Origin: Gemmatimonadales bacterium
GTDB taxonomy: Bacteria; Gemmatimonadota; Gemmatimonadetes; Gemmatimonadales; GWC2-71-9
Direction of reading: 5' to 3'
Length of the DNA stretch: 64,000 nt
Assembly (NCBI GenBank): GCA_035557715.1
Contig: DATMDQ010000016.1
Coordinates: 568-64,567, forward strand
Shown: in pieces, positions 60,208-64,000 of the stretch
Layout: each line of letters begins with the position of its first letter
Numbering within the stretch: position 1 is the stretch's first letter
Program-made: the position numbers and the translations under genes
Notes under the pieces: model-generated
Told to the model about the DNA's origin: nothing
What the model saw: the letters and a program-made list of their open reading frames with translations, nothing else
The model's database searches: none

Positions 60208-60987
60208 CTATTTGGTCTCCGCCCCGATAAGGGCGTCGAGTCCCCCGCTGGCGAACTTGCCTAGATCGTCGCTGACCTTCTTGAACGCCGGCGTCGCTAT
60301 GCCTTTCTTGGCCGCGTTCATCGAGGGGAAATACAGCTCCGCCTGGCGGTAGCGGGTGGGCTTGGAGCCGTCGAGGTTGGAGTTGAAGCGGGTGAGCTCG
60401 GCCCGGGTGAAGCCAATCTCGGGCTGACTCGCCACGACCAGCGGCACATGGATCTCGGCGTAGTACTTCTCAAATGCGGCAGTATCCTTGGGCGCCTTGT
60501 AGATCACGGTCACGATGGCCCCTGGCTCGCCCGAGCCTGCTTCGTGGTCGTTGGTGGTCGTTGCCACCATTCCGATGAGGCCGCCCGATGCGAATTTAGG
60601 CAGGTCATCCGCGACCTTCTTGAACCCGGGGGTCGCCACCCCTTTCTGCAGGTCATCCATTGAATCGAAGTAGAGCTCGGCCTGACGGTAGAACGTCGGC
60701 TTCTTGCCGTCGAGGTTAGACTCGAACTTGGTCAGGTCGGCCCGCTTGAACCCGATCTCACCCTGGTTGGCCACCACCAGAGGCACATGGGTTTCGGCAT
60801 AGTACTTCTCGAAGGCCGCCGGATCCTTGGGCGGGTTGTAGATGACCGTCACGATTGCCGCCGGACCCGCGGGGGCCGCGGCGGTGGCCGTGTCCGCTCC
60901 TGGCGTGTCCGCTGCTTTGTCACCGCCTTTGTTGCAGGCGAAGCCAACGATGGAGGCGGCCACCAACAGCCAACTCGAGCGACGCAT
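60208..60987 (-). CDS. Lipoprotein with two tandem EthD-like domains
   Basis: Lipobox VGFAC. Two ~105-aa repeats: IVTVIY(N/K)(P/A)PKD(P/T)AAFEKYYAE(T/I)HVPLVVA...YRQAELYF.SM......(V/I)ATP.FKKV.DDL.KFASGGL. Confidence 0.7.
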   Translation of the reverse strand: MRRSSWLLVAASIVGFACNKGGDKAADTPGADTATAAAPAGPAAIVTVIYNPPKDPAAFEKYYAETHVPLVVANQGEIGFKRADLTKFESNLDGKKPTFYRQAELYFDSMDDLQKGVATPGFKKVADDLPKFASGGLIGMVATTTNDHEAGSGEPGAIVTVIYKAPKDTAAFEKYYAEIHVPLVVASQPEIGFTRAELTRFNSNLDGSKPTRYRQAELYFPSMNAAKKGIATPAFKKVSDDLGKFASGGLDALIGAETK

Positions 60988-61000
60988 GGAAAGCTCCTGG

Positions 61001-61969
61001 TTAGGTGTATAGCGAGGCCTCGAGCACCTCGGGATTCAAACGCCCGGCGTGAAATGTCCGGCCGCTTTCGGTGCTGGTAAGCCACACCTCGGCGGGACTA
61101 AACAACAACGGATCGATCTTGTAGAAGTCTCCCCCGTACCGCTGGAAGATCTCGTAGAATGGTGTGCCATAGTCCCTTGAGGCGGAAGCGGGCACCTGTT
61201 CGGCCAGCTTCTCCAGCTCGGCGTCGGCGGCCTTGATGGTGTACCGGGCCTGACCGCCGTAGAGGATACAGTCATTGGTTCGGCCGATGGCCCGGAGATC
61301 GTTCTTGGCCACGGGGGGAAGCGGCGCGGTCCCCATGGCGGTCACGATCCGCGTCACGTCGAATCCAAGGGTCTCTATCTTGTGGAGGCCGGTCTCGACG
61401 ATCCGGGCCGAGATCTGGACCCCGCCGGCAATGCTTGCCGTCGGTGCAACTACAAAGGTGAGCTGGAGCGGCTGGAGGCGCGCTTTCTCCGCCACCCAGG
61501 CTACGACCTCATCGGTCGGAAGTGAGCGAGTCTCGAGAACCAGCACCCCCTCATCCGCCTGCTCCTCATACCCCAGCTTCTCGAACAGCTCGCGCTCTAC
61601 CCTGGCATGCGCCCGCAATGGGCCCGAGCCCATCGCAAAGAACTTGCCGACCGAGATGGCCCAGCCGGCGTACTGTGAGGCCATGCACGCCACGGCAGGG
61701 TGGTCGGTCCAGACGATCAATCCGGCATGTGATCGCCCGCCGATCTGAAGCGGAGTAAAGCTTACGTTGCCGAGCCCGCCCATGCAGATCTCTGCCAGCG
61801 CGAGTCCGGCCTCGACTCCGCCATCGACCTCAACTCCGGCATCGATTACCCGTGCCCCGCTCGGGAGTCTGAAGCTCTTCACCCGAAGGAGGTCCGCCTG
61901 ATCCGCCATGCTATCGGCGATTTCGCCCGCAGCTTCGTTCATCCGGAGTGAGGTCACTTGCTCGTCCAT
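61001..61969 (-). CDS. mch: Methenyltetrahydromethanopterin cyclohydrolase
   Basis: VIDAGVEV.GG.EAGL.LAEICMGGLG...LYGG.. are typical of Mch. Start is ATG 61969 (overlaps the fhcC end) or ATG 61945. Confidence 0.9.
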   Translation of the reverse strand: MDEQVTSLRMNEAAGEIADSMADQADLLRVKSFRLPSGARVIDAGVEVDGGVEAGLALAEICMGGLGNVSFTPLQIGGRSHAGLIVWTDHPAVACMASQYAGWAISVGKFFAMGSGPLRAHARVERELFEKLGYEEQADEGVLVLETRSLPTDEVVAWVAEKARLQPLQLTFVVAPTASIAGGVQISARIVETGLHKIETLGFDVTRIVTAMGTAPLPPVAKNDLRAIGRTNDCILYGGQARYTIKAADAELEKLAEQVPASASRDYGTPFYEIFQRYGGDFYKIDPLLFSPAEVWLTSTESGRTFHAGRLNPEVLEASLYT

Positions 61970-62715
61970 GCGAGGATCTCTCCCTTGCCTAACTCGGCCA
62001 TGTCGCCGCTGTAGCGGCGATACTGGCCGTTGAGGTGTCGTGGCTGAACCGGCAGTCCATAGCTGGAGCGCAACCGGGTGAGCAGCAGCCGCAGGTACGT
62101 CGGTTGAAAGGTGCAGGCGTAGAAGTACGTCGGCGGCGGGCTTACCTGGCCGAAAGCCACTATTGACCCTCGTTTGGACCACAGGCCGGCATCGGCGCCG
62201 ACGGCGCCGAACACGACGATGGTTCCCGCGATCATCCCCAGCCCCGTCCTGTCACCGGCGGCGCGGAGGATTACGAGGAGGCCTCGCCGCATCCCGCCGC
62301 CGGCCTCGGCTCCAGCTGACCCGCGCACGATCAACTCGCCTCCGGTCATTCCGCGCTTGAACCCGGGCGGGGCAGCGCCGGCGCGGGGACCGGCATCGCC
62401 ATTGATGTCGAGCCTGCCCCCCGCCTGCGCGAGGCCGGCCTCACGACCCACATTGCCCTCGACGATCACCTCACCCTCCGTGAGCACTGCGCCCAGGCGG
62501 TCGGCCTGATCGAGCTGCCCCACGAAGCGGATCCTCCCCTCGGGGCTACCGGCCAGCTCGAAGAGATCGCCGAGGCGCGCGCCGCCGTCACGCTCCAGAT
62601 ACACCCGACGTCCGGAGAGCTCTCTCGCCGAGAGGGTAGCCCAGGAGCCGGCCAGCACCTCGGACAGATCCACTCGTTGACTGAGCGGTCCCTTTAGCTT
62701 GGCGAGAATACTCAC
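61954..62715 (-). CDS. fhcC: Formyltransferase/hydrolase complex subunit C (FwdC-like beta-helix)
   Basis: Gly-rich beta-helix repeats (I.V.GN.G...G..M.GG.I.V.G.AG...G..M.GG.IVV.G). Confidence 0.85.
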   Translation of the reverse strand: MSILAKLKGPLSQRVDLSEVLAGSWATLSARELSGRRVYLERDGGARLGDLFELAGSPEGRIRFVGQLDQADRLGAVLTEGEVIVEGNVGREAGLAQAGGRLDINGDAGPRAGAAPPGFKRGMTGGELIVRGSAGAEAGGGMRRGLLVILRAAGDRTGLGMIAGTIVVFGAVGADAGLWSKRGSIVAFGQVSPPPTYFYACTFQPTYLRLLLTRLRSSYGLPVQPRHLNGQYRRYSGDMAELGKGEILAWTSK

Positions 62716-63614
62716 CCGGACGCTCCGCTCATGATCTTCCGAAGGTAGAAGTGATGAGGGCCAAGCTTGCCGCCGTAGTTCCCCGCGCTGATAGCCACCA
62801 CCCCATCCCGGCAGGCCGCATCGATTCCAGTCTTCATGGCCGAGGCGATCGTATTCGTATCCACTCCGTTGATCACGATCTCGAGCACGGAATTCACACC
62901 TTCAGGTAACGCGCTGGCGGTGACCGCCCGAAGGGTTGGGCAGAAAGCGTCGTTGGTGGAGGCGATCATGGACTTGATCCGGCGCGCGCCCACCTTGCTG
63001 CCGCTCCGAACCACGCCGCCGGGGAAGGGGAGAATGACTCCTGGCCGCGCCGACATCGAATCGGCCGCCGCTTCGGCTGCCTCGAGCGCGGCATCGGCGC
63101 TTCGGGCCAAGATGAGAAAGTTGCCGCCACCTACCCCCTTGAGCATCCCGAACTTCTCCTGGACCAGAAACTCGCCTTCCATGACGGGGATCCGCCAGAA
63201 ACGCTGTCCAGCGATGACCTTGCTGATCTGGAAGCCGTCGCCGAAAAACCGCAGGGCGGATCCCACGCCCACCCGATCCGGCGCCTCGGGCAGGCCATCG
63301 TAGCATGCAGTGGTGGGGCAGGTGAGCACGGTCTGCCCTATGCGTTCGATCAGGCGTTTCCCGAGATCGTCCTTACCCATGGTCATCATCAGAACGCTGA
63401 CACCCGGTCGTCCGTCGGGAGTCTCCTTTGCGGACAGCTCCCGTTCGATGCCGGCCTCGACCTTGCACCCGATCACTGAAGTGGCGAAGCCGGTCAGCTT
63501 GAGCGCCGCGGCACGCACCCAGCGTGCGCTGCGTGCAGTAATGATGATCCGCGCCACCCGCATGGTGAAAGCTTCGGCGAAGGTGTCCTCGATGAAGACC
63601 CCGCGGATCTTCAT
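62712..63614 (-). CDS. fhcD: Formylmethanofuran:tetrahydromethanopterin formyltransferase (Fhc subunit D)
   Basis: Start ATG 63614 (MKIRGVFIEDTFAEAFTMRVARIIITA). Ftr family over the full length. Confidence 0.9.
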   Translation of the reverse strand: MKIRGVFIEDTFAEAFTMRVARIIITARSARWVRAAALKLTGFATSVIGCKVEAGIERELSAKETPDGRPGVSVLMMTMGKDDLGKRLIERIGQTVLTCPTTACYDGLPEAPDRVGVGSALRFFGDGFQISKVIAGQRFWRIPVMEGEFLVQEKFGMLKGVGGGNFLILARSADAALEAAEAAADSMSARPGVILPFPGGVVRSGSKVGARRIKSMIASTNDAFCPTLRAVTASALPEGVNSVLEIVINGVDTNTIASAMKTGIDAACRDGVVAISAGNYGGKLGPHHFYLRKIMSGASG

Positions 63615-63618
63615 GACA

Positions 63619-64000
63619 TCAGACCGCGATGGGCTCATCTGGAATGCCTTGCACCGGATAGTTCTCGAACGCCACGGTCGAGTACGCGTCGAAGTAGCGC
63701 TTGAGATCCGGCAGCAGGGCATTGTCGTACCCGGGCCGGACGTGCAGCCGGCGGCCGACTGGTGCACGCCGCAACTGGCCCTCTTCAACCACGAGGCTGC
63801 CCCCTTTGATCACGTACCGTGGAGTGGCGAACATCTGGGCGATGTCCGCGTTCCGGGCGAAGACGGTTACATCGGCATCCGCTCCCGGCCCCAGGTGGCC
63901 CTTCTGACGGAGACCCAGCAGCCGGGCTGGACCTGCACGGGTTATGATCGCGATCTCGTTCAGGGTGTATTCGCGGGTGAGTCCGTCCGCCAGGGCGGAC
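63619..64000 (-). CDS. fhcA: Formyltransferase/hydrolase complex subunit A (FwdA-like amidohydrolase), C-terminal part; 5' end beyond window
   Basis: The frame is open to the window edge. ...[33 protein letters not shown]...PRYVIKGG is typical of the FwdA/FhcA C-terminus. Confidence 0.85.
   Translation of the reverse strand, partial: SALADGLTREYTLNEIAIITRAGPARLLGLRQKGHLGPGADADVTVFARNADIAQMFATPRYVIKGGSLVVEEGQLRRAPVGRRLHVRPGYDNALLPDLKRYFDAYSTVAFENYPVQGIPDEPIAV

Noticed and set aside
61970-62182. N-terminal 71-codon extension of the mch ORF
   Set aside because: It overlaps fhcC in another frame. Mch-like sequence begins near MDEQVTS/MNEAAGE (61969 or 61945).
1-64000. Search for tRNA/rRNA genes, transposases, integrases, phage or defence-system genes
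   Set aside because: No T-loop-like GGTTCGAATCC-type motifs were seen in intergenic gaps. No DDE, tyrosine or serine recombinase-like ORFs were seen. All sizeable ORFs are accounted for by metabolic or envelope functions. Absence by eye is not proof, and covariance-model scans would be needed.

Overview
High-G+C bacterial chromosomal segment with about 65 tightly packed genes, many with 4-nt start/stop overlaps. I saw no rRNA, tRNA, CRISPR array, transposase or integrase. Gene content resembles a soil Gemmatimonadota- or Acidobacteriota-like organism, but the window alone cannot establish that. Region 1-38 kb holds housekeeping and envelope genes: RCC1 and TolB-like propellers, a giant CPBP protease, UvsE, a VIT1 iron transporter, an ECF sigma/anti-sigma/PDZ set, a fused prephenate dehydratase-DAHP synthase, FabH, a TolC-MacAB efflux operon continuing into cytochrome b and a Mo-oxidoreductase, cardiolipin synthase, cyclophilin, a DUF255 thioredoxin protein, an RcnA-like transporter, OmpA-TSP3, Pfk and prolyl oligopeptidase. 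Region 38-64 kb is a one-carbon island. It holds an XoxF-type (DYD, lanthanide-signature) methanol dehydrogenase operon: xoxF, xoxJ, a 4-Cys cytochrome c, a pentapeptide-repeat protein, a YVTN propeller and two paralogous JAB-like secreted proteins. It also holds a tetrahydromethanopterin/methanofuran cofactor cluster (RFAP synthase, DUF447, pabAB, DHPS-like, PCD, MfnB-like, PTPS, CitG-like, MptN-like and others) and mch-fhcC-fhcD-fhcA. Most notable findings: (1) an unlisted SelW/Rdx-like selenoprotein gene at 34024-34260 with in-frame UGA (CVVU) and a SECIS-like hairpin; (2) an aromatic-rich leader peptide (SYWFLF) plus a perfect intrinsic terminator upstream of the PDT-DAHPS fusion, a candidate attenuator; (3) recurrent intergenic architecture of inverted arrays of tandem 7-9-nt G-rich units (G-quadruplex-capable arm plus complementary C-rich arm) that also spill into gene termini, with one family present twice about 12 kb apart; (4) unusual accessory genes in the xox operon and a near-consensus promoter about 510 nt upstream of xoxF.
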